Of a stretch of 64,000 nucleotides of DNA, positions 31,055 to 40,189 are shown piece by piece. The DNA is from Verrucomicrobiaceae bacterium (GTDB lineage Bacteria; Verrucomicrobiota; Verrucomicrobiia; Verrucomicrobiales; Akkermansiaceae). Numbering within the stretch: position 1 is the stretch's first letter; the number at the start of each line of letters is the position of its first letter. The translations under genes and the position numbers were made by a program. The notes below the pieces were generated by a model. It was not told the origin of the DNA, ran no database searches, and saw only the letters and a list, made by a program, of their open reading frames with translations. The stretch is from positions 9,906 through 73,905 of the forward strand of contig JBPOGH010000021.1 in NCBI GenBank assembly GCA_051252135.1, written 5' to 3'.

Positions 31055-31404
31055 AAATTCTTCTCGTTCGGGGTTCGAATCTCGCCAACCGCACTGGTCA
31101 GATCATCGTAATAAGACTGCATCGCCAGCGCCCGCGCCTTCCCCGACGCACTCAGCCGATAATACTTCCGCGCCGGCCCACTCTCACTTTCCTCCAGCCG
31201 CGATAAAATCAACCCCTGCTTCCTCATCCGCGAAAGCAACGGATAAATACTCCCCTCCGAGGCATCCAACCCCGGCGCCCCCACCAACTGCCTCACCAAT
31301 TCATAACCATACGCCTCCTCCTCCCGCCCAATGGACGTCAACACGCAAAACTCCAGAATCCCCTTCCGAAGCTGCACTGTCCAATTCTCAAATCCATCAC
31401 TCAT
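31051..31404 (-). CDS. PadR-family transcriptional regulator
   Basis: QLRKGILEFCVL, YGYEL, EGSIYPLLSR, GPARKYYRL. Confidence 0.93.
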   Translation of the reverse strand: MSDGFENWTVQLRKGILEFCVLTSIGREEEAYGYELVRQLVGAPGLDASEGSIYPLLSRMRKQGLILSRLEESESGPARKYYRLSASGKARALAMQSYYDDLTSAVGEIRTPNEKNL

Positions 31405-31509
31405 CACCACTTTCAATATAACGACCGCAAGCTACCTTGTATTGCAATATATTTCAAAAATTCCATTTTTTCCTCTCCGCTTGCCCCAATGCACAACAAT
31501 ATCGGCATC

Positions 31510-32274
31510 GTGATCGGAATCATTGACTCAGGAGTGGGCGGACTCTCGGTCTTAAAAGAAATCCACTCCCTGCTGCCTAACCACTCGCTGGCCTACATCG
31601 GCGATTCCGCCTGGTGCCCCTACGGCAGCAAATCCTTCGACGACATCCAAAAGCGCGTCTTCGCCCTCTCCGACTACCTCATCTACCTCGGCGCCGAACT
31701 GATCGTCGTCGCCTGCAACTCCGCCACCATCGCCGCCGTCGAAGCCCTCCGCGTCAACTACCCCGTCCCCTTCGTCGGCATGGAACCCGGCGTCAAACCC
31801 GCCGCCGCCATCACCCAAACACACACCATCGGAGTCCTCGCCACCGAGGCCTCCCTCAGCGGAGAAAAATTCCACCGCCTCGTCTCCACCCACGCCTTCG
31901 ACCTCCGCGTCATCACCCAACCCTGCCCCAAATTCGTCGAACTCGTCGAACAAGGCATCCTCGACGGACCGGAGGTCGACGCCGCGATCAGAGAATACAC
32001 CGCCCACATGCTCGCCGAGGGCGCCGACACCCTCATCCTCGGCTGCACCCACTACCCCTTCCTCAAACCCGCCATCGAAGCCCTCCTCCCCGCCCACATC
32101 AAAATCATCGATACCGGCCACGCCGTCGCCAAACAAGTCGCCAAACAAAGCCCCCGCCCCGCGGACCACCCGCAAATCCAAATCCTCACCACCGGCCCCC
32201 TCAAGCAGCTCAACCTCATCCTCCCCAAACTCTGCCCGGAGATCGCCGCAAAATGCGAAACCGCCCACCTCTAG
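31510..32274 (+). CDS. murI: Glutamate racemase
   Basis: IGIIDSGVGGLSV, PYGSK, VACNSAT, LGCTHYP. Start could alternatively be 31489. Confidence 0.96.
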   Translation: MIGIIDSGVGGLSVLKEIHSLLPNHSLAYIGDSAWCPYGSKSFDDIQKRVFALSDYLIYLGAELIVVACNSATIAAVEALRVNYPVPFVGMEPGVKPAAAITQTHTIGVLATEASLSGEKFHRLVSTHAFDLRVITQPCPKFVELVEQGILDGPEVDAAIREYTAHMLAEGADTLILGCTHYPFLKPAIEALLPAHIKIIDTGHAVAKQVAKQSPRPADHPQIQILTTGPLKQLNLILPKLCPEIAAKCETAHL

Positions 32275-32279
32275 CACGC

Positions 32280-33077
32280 ATGAAATTCGCACCCCTCATC
32301 GCCGCCCTCTCCCTCTTGGCCGCCATCTTTTTCCTCCTCCGGCAACCCCATCCACCCCAAGACCCACCCGCGGACCCTCACCGTTCCCACCCACCCACAA
32401 CCACCACCAACCCGGAAAAAATCGACCCCGCACCCCGCTACACCACCGCCGACCCCTCCCGCGACGGCACCGGAAAATTCTACCTCGGTCGCGAAATCGC
32501 CCAAGTCATGGGCCACCCCGCCATCTCCTGGCTCGAGCGCGGCAACCGCGAAGACGAAGAAGCCCCCTCCAAAGCCATCCAGCTCCTCAACCTAAAACCC
32601 GATGCCGTCATTGCCGATATCGGAGCCGGCTCCGGCTACTACACCTTCCGCCTCGCCGCCCAACGCCCCCGGGGAAAAGTCGTCGCCGTCGACATCCAGC
32701 CCGAAATGATCAGCTACCTCGAACAGGAAAAAGAATCCACCGGCCTCACCAACGTCTCCGCACACCTCGGCAAAATCGACGACACCCTCCTCCCCCCGAA
32801 CTCCATCGACGCCGCCATCATGGTCGACGCCTACCACGAGTTCTCCCACCCCTACGAGATGATCCGCTCCCTCGTCAACGCCCTCAAGCCCGACGGCCGC
32901 ATCTTCCTCCTCGAATACCGCGCCGAGGACCCCACCGTCCCCATCAAACCCCTCCACAAAATGTCCGAAGCCCAAGCCAAAAAGGAAATGGCCGCCGCCG
33001 GATTACAATGGGCCGGCACCAAACACGACCTCCCCTGGCAACACCTCATGATCTTCGAAAAAGCCGACACCCCATGA
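32280..33077 (+). CDS. Class I SAM-dependent methyltransferase
   Basis: YLGREIAQVMGH, IADIGAGSGY, VDAYHEF, LPWQH. Confidence 0.9.
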   Translation: MKFAPLIAALSLLAAIFFLLRQPHPPQDPPADPHRSHPPTTTTNPEKIDPAPRYTTADPSRDGTGKFYLGREIAQVMGHPAISWLERGNREDEEAPSKAIQLLNLKPDAVIADIGAGSGYYTFRLAAQRPRGKVVAVDIQPEMISYLEQEKESTGLTNVSAHLGKIDDTLLPPNSIDAAIMVDAYHEFSHPYEMIRSLVNALKPDGRIFLLEYRAEDPTVPIKPLHKMSEAQAKKEMAAAGLQWAGTKHDLPWQHLMIFEKADTP

Positions 33078-33997
33078 CCCTTCCCTCCTGGCTGGACCCC
33101 GATCAACGCTACCTCCTCGGCATCTCCGGCGGACGGGACTCCGTCTGCCTCCTCCACCTCCTTCACCAATCCGGCTTCCAAAACCTCACCCTCTGCCACC
33201 TCAACCACGGCCTCCGCGGACCCGGATCGGACGCCGACCAACTCTTCGTCCAACAACTCGCCACCTCCCTCAACCTCCCCCTCCTCACCGAAAAGGCCGA
33301 CCTCTCCACCTCCACCCTCTCCCTCGAGACCGCCGCCCGCGATGCCCGACACCACTTCTTCCGGAAGTGCGCCCAAAAAACCGGCACCCACAACATCCTC
33401 CTCGCCCATCACGCAGATGACCAGGCCGAGACCATCCTCTTCCGCCTCCTCCGCGGATCCGCCGGACTCACCGGCATCAGGGAACAACAAACAATCGACG
33501 TCTCCGGCACCCCCCTCACCCTCCTCCGCCCCCTCCTCCACTTCCGCCGCTCCCAAATCACCGCCTTCCTCAAAAAACAAGCAATCCCCTTCCGCGAAGA
33601 CCCCACCAACGCCGAACCCCTCGCCACCCGCAACCGCCTCCGCAACGAAGCCCTCCCCCTCCTTGCCGACATCATGGGCCGCGATCCCTCCCCCGCCCTC
33701 ATCCGCGCCTCGGAATACGCCCAAGAAGCTGAAACCCACCTCACCCAATCACTCGACTCCCTCAACCCCATCGACCCCCAGGGACGCATCCACCTCCCCA
33801 CCCTGCGCCAACTCTCCCCCTTCCTCCAAAAAAGAACCCTCCATCACTTCCTCAAAGAGGCAAAGATCCCCGACCTCTCCGCTGATCTCATGGAGCGGCT
33901 CCTCCCCCTCCTCGATCCCCACGGCCCCCCATCACAAAATCTCCCCGGTGGTCTCCGCCTCCGCCGGAAGGAATCCCGACTCTTCATCTCTCCATGA
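33074..33997 (+). CDS. tilS: tRNA(Ile)-lysidine synthetase
   Basis: SGGRDS, HLNHGLRG, ETAARDAR, AHHADDQAET, RNRLR. Confidence 0.93.
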   Translation: MTLPSWLDPDQRYLLGISGGRDSVCLLHLLHQSGFQNLTLCHLNHGLRGPGSDADQLFVQQLATSLNLPLLTEKADLSTSTLSLETAARDARHHFFRKCAQKTGTHNILLAHHADDQAETILFRLLRGSAGLTGIREQQTIDVSGTPLTLLRPLLHFRRSQITAFLKKQAIPFREDPTNAEPLATRNRLRNEALPLLADIMGRDPSPALIRASEYAQEAETHLTQSLDSLNPIDPQGRIHLPTLRQLSPFLQKRTLHHFLKEAKIPDLSADLMERLLPLLDPHGPPSQNLPGGLRLRRKESRLFISP

Positions 33998-34410
33998 AAC
34001 AACTCCTCCCTCTCCTCCTCCTCAGCCTCGCCTCCTGCGGAATCATCAAAAACCTCTCCCGCTCCAAGCCCGATCCCAACGCCAAACCCGAAGCTCCCCG
34101 ACGCGAAGTCATCGGCCGCATCGCCTCCGTCTCCGAAACCGGCAACTTCGTCCTCATCCAAAAATACGGCCCCGGCTCCCTCCCCAAACGCGTCCTCTTC
34201 CAAACCGTCGGAGTCGGCGGATCCCAGGCCAGCCTCAGACCCACCGGCGAACGGGTCCGCGACTTCTTCGCTGCCGATATCATCAACGGAACCGTCAAGA
34301 CCGGAGACGCCGTCATCACCTTCCCTCTCGTCATCCAAAAGGCAGAATCCGAGGCCCAAAAAGCCCATATTTTGCCTCCAGAGGACGATCCGGACCCCAG
34401 CTTGGATTGA
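33994..34410 (+). CDS. Hypothetical lipoprotein
   Basis: MKQLLPLLLLSLASC lipobox. Confidence 0.75.
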   Translation: MKQLLPLLLLSLASCGIIKNLSRSKPDPNAKPEAPRREVIGRIASVSETGNFVLIQKYGPGSLPKRVLFQTVGVGGSQASLRPTGERVRDFFAADIINGTVKTGDAVITFPLVIQKAESEAQKAHILPPEDDPDPSLD

Positions 34411-34635
34411 TTTCATTAAAAAAATCGGGGGTTTTCAGATCACCTCAAAATTCCTTAATTTTTCTTAAATACCCCGAAAACACTAGCTTCCAGCTTGCCT
34501 GACAAGTGCTCCAATCCATTTAATTTAAAAAATAAGGCATTTTCACCTTGAAAATTTTAAAGGAATCGCGGTATTGTCCTTTCCGAAGCTGCTGGGCAAA
34601 CTAATTTGTCCCAAATAACCGAAAGTCGTACCACA

Positions 34636-35091
34636 ATGAAAACGAACCCTGTCAATCAATCAACCCCCGGTAAGATGGACCATGACCGCCTTGCGGATTT
34701 TGTTCTCTTCACTCAACGATCTTGTATCCTCAACCTCTCCAGCGAACTGAACCGCGGTAACCTCTCGTTCCCACAGTTCTTCTTGCTGACCTACCTCTCC
34801 AGCGAAGACTATCTTACGATGTCCGCGATCGCCAAGAAGATGGGACATTCAACTGCTGCCGCTACCGGTTTGGTTGATCGTCTTGAAAAGCTTGGTTTCG
34901 TCGAACGTGTCCACGCTGCCGAAGACCGTCGCAAGATCATGGTCCGCATCACCCAGGCCGGTGTCGAACTCGTCGCCAAAATGCGCGGTCACATCGCCGA
35001 TGAGCTCTCCACCGTCATGTCCGAACTCGATGAAGACGAAGTTGCCAACATGGCAGTCGCCAACCAGGCCATCGTTGGAAAGTCCCTCTAG
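34636..35091 (+). CDS. MarR-family transcriptional regulator
   Basis: LSFPQF..L, ATGLVDRLEKLGFVER..EDRR..VRIT..G. Confidence 0.92.
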   Translation: MKTNPVNQSTPGKMDHDRLADFVLFTQRSCILNLSSELNRGNLSFPQFFLLTYLSSEDYLTMSAIAKKMGHSTAAATGLVDRLEKLGFVERVHAAEDRRKIMVRITQAGVELVAKMRGHIADELSTVMSELDEDEVANMAVANQAIVGKSL

Positions 35092-35165
35092 ACCCCCCAA
35101 AAATTTCGCCCCCCAATAAGCTAAGGAAACTTGGCTTACCCGAGACGCTTCCATAGGCTAAGGCC

Positions 35166-35822
35166 GTGTCGGAAGCGTCTCTTTTTTTATCCCCCATCCT
35201 CTCTCACAAGGAAATCCGCGCAGACTTCATCCCGCGCATTCCCGGAGTCCCCACCTCCACCAATAAAGAGGAAACCCTCGCCCTCCTCGAGCCCCACCAT
35301 CAAGAGGCCGCCTCCCGCCTCGGCTTTCCAAAAACCTACCTCGCCGAGCAAGTCCACGGCTCCCAACTGGCCCTCATCACCCCCCGCTCCCCCCTCCTCA
35401 ACAAAGGAGTCGATGGCCTCCTCACCAACCAACCCGGCTGCCTCCTCGGCATCCATGTGGCCGACTGCGGAGCCATCTACCTCCTCGACCAAAAAACCAA
35501 GGCCCTCGCCCTCCTCCACTCCGGCAAAAAAGGCACCGACCTCAACATCCTCGGCCACGCCGTCACCACCATGACCCGGGAATTCGGCACCCACCCCGCA
35601 GACCTCATCGCCGTCCTCGGCCCCTGCATCAGACCCCCTCACTACGAGATCGATTTCGCCGACACCATCCGCCAGCAAGCTCTCCACGCCGGTATCCCCG
35701 CGGAGAATTACCACGACTGCGGACTCTGCACCGCCAGTGATCCCGACCACTTCTACTCATACCGGCTGGAAAAAGGAAACACCGGCCGTATGATCGCCCT
35801 CCTGGGCCGTGTGGACAAATAG
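35166..35822 (+). CDS. pgeF: Peptidoglycan editing factor / YfiH family protein
   Basis: EQVHG, DGLLT, VADC, GPCI, FYSYR, GRM. The last codons derive from MITE C. Confidence 0.85.
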   Translation: MSEASLFLSPILSHKEIRADFIPRIPGVPTSTNKEETLALLEPHHQEAASRLGFPKTYLAEQVHGSQLALITPRSPLLNKGVDGLLTNQPGCLLGIHVADCGAIYLLDQKTKALALLHSGKKGTDLNILGHAVTTMTREFGTHPADLIAVLGPCIRPPHYEIDFADTIRQQALHAGIPAENYHDCGLCTASDPDHFYSYRLEKGNTGRMIALLGRVDK

Positions 35823-36016
35823 ATTTGCGTAGCGATGAGAGATCATTTTTCTTCAGGCAAGGCAGCTAAGCGTGAGTTGATGAACATCAATGATCCCGTT
35901 GCTAACGCAGAATGGAGGAAAATGAGCCGAAACGCTCGTTATCCGATGTTTCCCTACCATAAAAATCTTCTTCAACTCTGTCTGTTCGCTGCGTGACGCT
36001 ATTTGTTCACCCGGCC
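35805..36016. mobile_element. MITE family C (~212 bp, imperfect ~31-bp TIR)
   Basis: Left GGCCGTGTGGACAAATAGATTTGCGTAGCGA; reverse complement of right GGCCGGGTGAACAAATAGCGTCACGCAGCGA; flanked by TG/TG (exact TSD ambiguous within the CCTGGGCC repeats). Confidence 0.8.
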
Positions 36017-36032
36017 TGGGCCACCTCCCATC

Positions 36033-36857
36033 ATGACCTTCTCCGCTCCCGCTAAAATCAACCTCTCGCTCAAAATCACCGGCAAGAGACCCGATGGCTT
36101 CCACGGCCTCGAAACCCTCGTCCTCCCCATCACCAGTCTCAACGACACCCTCGAATTCACCCCCGCGGAATCCTTCGCCCTCCAATGCGAAACCCCCGGC
36201 GTCCCCACCGATGAGACCAACCTCGTCTCCCGCGCCCTCCGCCTCTTTGAAAAAGGCACCGGAATCCCCTGCCCCTTCCACATCCAACTCACCAAGCACA
36301 TCCCCCACGGCGCCGGACTCGGTGGAGGAAGTGCCGACGCCGCCGTCACCTTCCTCGCCCTCAACCAACTCACCCGCGCCAACGTCCCCCTCGACACCCT
36401 CGCCACCTGGGCCGCCCAACTCGGCTCCGACATCCCCCTCTTCCTCTACCAACAACCCTGCTACTGCACCGGACGCGGAGAAATCATCGAGCCCGTCGAC
36501 CTCCCCTGGTCCCACCCCATCCTCCTCTTCAAACCCGCCTTCGATATCCCCACCCCCTGGGCCTACTCCCGCTGGACCGACTCACAGGAACTCAAAAGCT
36601 TCCACTACCAACCCCAGCAGGTCGGCCAAACCACCCTCTTCAACGACCTCGAACGCCCCGTCTTCGAAAAACACCGCTTCCTCGGCGAACTCAAAAACTT
36701 CCTCCTCCGGCAGGACGAAACCGCCGCCGCCCTCATGTCCGGCTCCGGCTCCACCGTCCTCGCCGTCCTCCACCCCGGGGCCGACGGAAACTCCCTCATC
36801 AAACGAACCCTCGAAGCCATGGACCCCACCCTCTGGCACCACCTCCACCGGCAATAA
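36033..36857 (+). CDS. ispE: 4-diphosphocytidyl-2-C-methyl-D-erythritol kinase
   Basis: APAKINLSL, IPHGAGLGGGSADAA, LGSDIP, NDLE, MSGSGST. Confidence 0.96.
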   Translation: MTFSAPAKINLSLKITGKRPDGFHGLETLVLPITSLNDTLEFTPAESFALQCETPGVPTDETNLVSRALRLFEKGTGIPCPFHIQLTKHIPHGAGLGGGSADAAVTFLALNQLTRANVPLDTLATWAAQLGSDIPLFLYQQPCYCTGRGEIIEPVDLPWSHPILLFKPAFDIPTPWAYSRWTDSQELKSFHYQPQQVGQTTLFNDLERPVFEKHRFLGELKNFLLRQDETAAALMSGSGSTVLAVLHPGADGNSLIKRTLEAMDPTLWHHLHRQ

Positions 36858-36935
36858 AATCCACGGGACAAGCCCAACTCCCGGTGTTAGGCTTTTCCAA
36901 GCGAAGGAACCCTCCTTCCCCCCAACAATTTCCCC

Positions 36936-38213
36936 ATGGCTCGCGCAAACAACCTCACCATGTGTTCCTTCTGTGGCAAAAGCCACTCGGAGGTCAAAAA
37001 ACTCATCGCCGGACCCGGCGTCTACATCTGCAACGAATGTATCGACGTCTGCTCCACCATCCTCCGCAAAGAACTCGCCGGACAGGATGCCAGCATGCCC
37101 GAAATCCAGGGCGACCCGCTCACCGGCGAGGTCCCCACTCCCGCAGAGCTCTTCGCCCACCTCAATGACTACGTCATCGGGCAGGAAGACGCCAAAAAGG
37201 TTCTCTCCGTCGCCGTCTACAACCACTACCAGCGCCTCCGCCAGGACGAACTCACCAACGATGAGTTCGATGACGTCGAAATCGAAAAATCCAACGTCCT
37301 CCTCCTCGGACCCACCGGCTCCGGTAAAACCCTCCTCGCCAAAACCCTCGCCCGCCTCCTCGACGTCCCCTTCTGCATCGTCGATGCCACCACCCTCACC
37401 GAAGCCGGATACGTCGGAGAAGATGTCGAAAACATCATCCTCCGCCTCCTTCAATCGGCCGACTTCGACGTCGAAAAAGCCGAGCGCGGCATCATCTACG
37501 TCGATGAGATCGACAAAATCGGGCGCAAAACCGAGAACGTCTCCATCACCCGTGACGTCTCCGGAGAAGGCGTCCAGCAAGCCCTCCTCAAAATCCTCGA
37601 AGGCACCGTCTGCAACGTCCCGCCCCAAGGCGGCCGCAAACACCCCCAACAGGAATACATCCAGATCAACACCGAGAAAATCCTCTTCGTCTGCGGTGGC
37701 GCCTTCGTCGGCATGGAAGACATCGTCCGCCGCCGCCTCGGCAAGCGCGTCCTCGGATTCAAAGCCGGAAACACCGAAGCTGAAGAGGAACGCGACGAAT
37801 ACACCCTCCTCAAGAAAGTCGTCCCCGAGGACCTCCTCCACTTCGGACTCATCCCCGAGTTCGTCGGACGCCTCCCCGTCATCTCCTCCCTGCGTAAACT
37901 CAGCGAGGACGAGCTCGTCCAAATCCTCACCGAGCCCAAGAACGCCCTCCTCAAGCAATACCAAAAGCAACTCGCCATGAACAAGGTGAAGCTCAAGCTC
38001 ACCAAGGATGGCCTCACCGCCCTCGCCGAGGAAGCCGTCAAGCGCGGCACCGGCGCCCGCGCCCTCCGCTCCATCTTCGAGGGCATCATGCTCGATATCA
38101 TGTATGAAATCCCCTCCCGGGATGACATCGGCTCCGTCACCATCAACCGCGCCGTCGTCGAAGGCACCAAATCCCCCGTTCTCAAAAAGAGAAAGCAGGA
38201 AGACGCCGCCTAG
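36936..38213 (+). CDS. clpX: ATP-dependent Clp protease ATP-binding subunit
   Basis: CSFCGK zinc finger, [33 protein letters not shown]. Confidence 0.98.
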   Translation: MARANNLTMCSFCGKSHSEVKKLIAGPGVYICNECIDVCSTILRKELAGQDASMPEIQGDPLTGEVPTPAELFAHLNDYVIGQEDAKKVLSVAVYNHYQRLRQDELTNDEFDDVEIEKSNVLLLGPTGSGKTLLAKTLARLLDVPFCIVDATTLTEAGYVGEDVENIILRLLQSADFDVEKAERGIIYVDEIDKIGRKTENVSITRDVSGEGVQQALLKILEGTVCNVPPQGGRKHPQQEYIQINTEKILFVCGGAFVGMEDIVRRRLGKRVLGFKAGNTEAEEERDEYTLLKKVVPEDLLHFGLIPEFVGRLPVISSLRKLSEDELVQILTEPKNALLKQYQKQLAMNKVKLKLTKDGLTALAEEAVKRGTGARALRSIFEGIMLDIMYEIPSRDDIGSVTINRAVVEGTKSPVLKKRKQEDAA

Positions 38214-38230
38214 CACTTCGCAAATTCACA

Positions 38231-38266
38231 AAGCCCGCCTCCCACCGGAGCGCGGGCTTCTTTTTT
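38231..38266 (+). terminator. Terminator after clpX
   Basis: AAGCCCGC.CTCC...GGAG.GCGGGCTT followed by a T-run. Confidence 0.75.
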
Positions 38267-38328
38267 CCACCCGTCCGGAAAAGATTCCTCCGCTTGAACC
38301 CCGCCAATCCTCAGCTAAGCTTCCCCTT

Positions 38329-39360
38329 GTGAAATACCCCGCTTTCCTCGCCACCTTCGCTCTGGCCCACACCCTGCTGGTCGCCCAACCCAACACGGCC
38401 AACCTCACCCTGGTCGATGAAAGCGGATTCAACGAACTCGACATCTCCGTCCGCGCCCTCACCCTGAACGATTCAGACACCGCCATCCTCACCGGATTCA
38501 TCAACATCTCGCTCAACATCGACCCCCTAACCGGAAAAACCGATCAACTCGGAGTCACCGAATCAGAGGTCGCCGCATCCGATGTCTCATTCAACCTGAG
38601 CAACTTCCTCCTCTCCGCGGAACTCGACGCCAAAGGCCTCATGGGAACCGCCAGCACCCCCGGCGGCACCAGCCCCGTCAACGAAGCCGGAGAGTTCGAC
38701 GCCGCCCTTCACGAGGTCACCATCAACTCCGGAACCCTCAGCGGCGAAGCCAATGGCGACCCCATCAACAACGACATCTCCGAAACCCCCATCACCGGCA
38801 CAGGAGCCGGCACCGGCACCATCCTCCTCTCCAATCCCGTCCCGGGACCCAATGGCCGGATCGACTACGATGTCACCCTCACCATGCCCGTCACCCTCAG
38901 TGACGATATCCCCACCGGCGTCGTCATCTTCGGAAACGAAGTCATGGCCACCATTCAGGTCTCCGGCACCGTGAAAGCCACCGGCACCACCTACACCTAC
39001 CTCATCCCCGACTACCCCGATTGGGCCGCCTCCCAACAACTGGCAAGCAACAGCCAGACATCCTTCGACATCACCCCCCTCATGACCAACTCACTCGTCC
39101 ATGCCCTCGGGTTCGACGCCACAAATTTCCCCGGCCAACTCCTCACCCACAGCGCCCATGGCCTCACCTTGGCAATGGCTTCCTCCCCCGTCCGCAGCAA
39201 CGTCACCATCGAATACTCCTCAGACCTCACCTCCTGGCGCACCGCACCCGAAAGCCACTTCACCACCGGCAGCCCCAACCTCTCCCCCGGCCACCTCGGT
39301 GACCTCCTCCTCAATCCGCCGGGCCCCCGCGCCTACTACCGCTTCGTCCCCTCCCCATAA
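38329..39360 (+). CDS. Secreted hypothetical protein with Verrucomicrobia-type C-terminal motif
   Basis: GTG start with signal peptide; beta-rich; ends VTIEYSSDLTSW...RAYYRFV. Confidence 0.75.
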   Translation: MKYPAFLATFALAHTLLVAQPNTANLTLVDESGFNELDISVRALTLNDSDTAILTGFINISLNIDPLTGKTDQLGVTESEVAASDVSFNLSNFLLSAELDAKGLMGTASTPGGTSPVNEAGEFDAALHEVTINSGTLSGEANGDPINNDISETPITGTGAGTGTILLSNPVPGPNGRIDYDVTLTMPVTLSDDIPTGVVIFGNEVMATIQVSGTVKATGTTYTYLIPDYPDWAASQQLASNSQTSFDITPLMTNSLVHALGFDATNFPGQLLTHSAHGLTLAMASSPVRSNVTIEYSSDLTSWRTAPESHFTTGSPNLSPGHLGDLLLNPPGPRAYYRFVPSP

Positions 39361-39362
39361 AA

Positions 39363-39392
39363 AAGGTGATGTCCGTCTCCGGACACCACCTT
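39363..39392. terminator. Hairpin between convergent genes
   Basis: AAGGTGATGTCCG-TCTC-CGGACACCACCTT. Confidence 0.6.
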
Positions 39393-39418
39393 CAATAAGG
39401 AATAACAATGAATGAACT

Positions 39419-40102
39419 CTAGCGTCGGCGACGCAAAAGAGTCAGTCCCGCAAGTCCGGCCAGCAAGCTGGAGGACAACTCGGGAATGGCGGTCGCATCC
39501 AGACGGATGTTGTCAAAATGGGTACGCCCGCTCGCGCTGTTGTCACCAAGAAGAATCACCAGATTCTCACTCGGCACCACCGCACCGGTCACAAAGACCA
39601 AAGCAGGCGCATCGGCAAATTGGTCTGCCGTAACATTGGCTGCCGCGTCCCATTGAGCCGAAGCCAGATGGCTCGAATCAGCGAGCACCGCCGCCGTATT
39701 TGCGAGAGAAGCGGCACCAAGATTGGCAGCACCAGCCAACAAACCGTAGGTCGAGGAATTCACCGCCGTATGGCCGCTCCGATTGCCTGCCGCGATCGAA
39801 AGCGTATATTGGGTGTTAGGCTGAAGTGCCACTCCGGTATCCTGCCAAAGGTAATAACCCGTAGTCACCCCTACGTGGTTGTTCCCATCTGCCGAAAACC
39901 CGGCGATATACTCACCAAAGGCTCCGCTGTTTGAGACTCCTCCGGCCTCTGCCCAAGACGGGCTCAAATCGTTGGACCAGTCTCCCACGTTAGTGACTCC
40001 CGTAGTCGATTCGAAGCTGCTGTTGGCTACCGTGATAGCTGCGCCATGGGCCGCTACGATGGCAAACCCCGTCACGCATAGATATGTTAGTAATGATTTC
40101 AT
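39419..40102 (-). CDS. PEP-CTERM (IPEL variant) protein with a single jelly-roll/CBM-like domain
   Basis: Signal peptide; NSSFES...FDNIRL; C-terminal IPELSSSLLAGLAGLTLLRRRR. Confidence 0.85.
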   Translation of the reverse strand: MKSLLTYLCVTGFAIVAAHGAAITVANSSFESTTGVTNVGDWSNDLSPSWAEAGGVSNSGAFGEYIAGFSADGNNHVGVTTGYYLWQDTGVALQPNTQYTLSIAAGNRSGHTAVNSSTYGLLAGAANLGAASLANTAAVLADSSHLASAQWDAAANVTADQFADAPALVFVTGAVVPSENLVILLGDNSASGRTHFDNIRLDATAIPELSSSLLAGLAGLTLLRRRR

Positions 40103-40189
40103 AATTTGATGTCGCCTCGAAAATACTCACTTTCAGCGCCTCTCGACAATCACAAAAAATCATTTTTGACACAAAAATGCACTTTCCTG

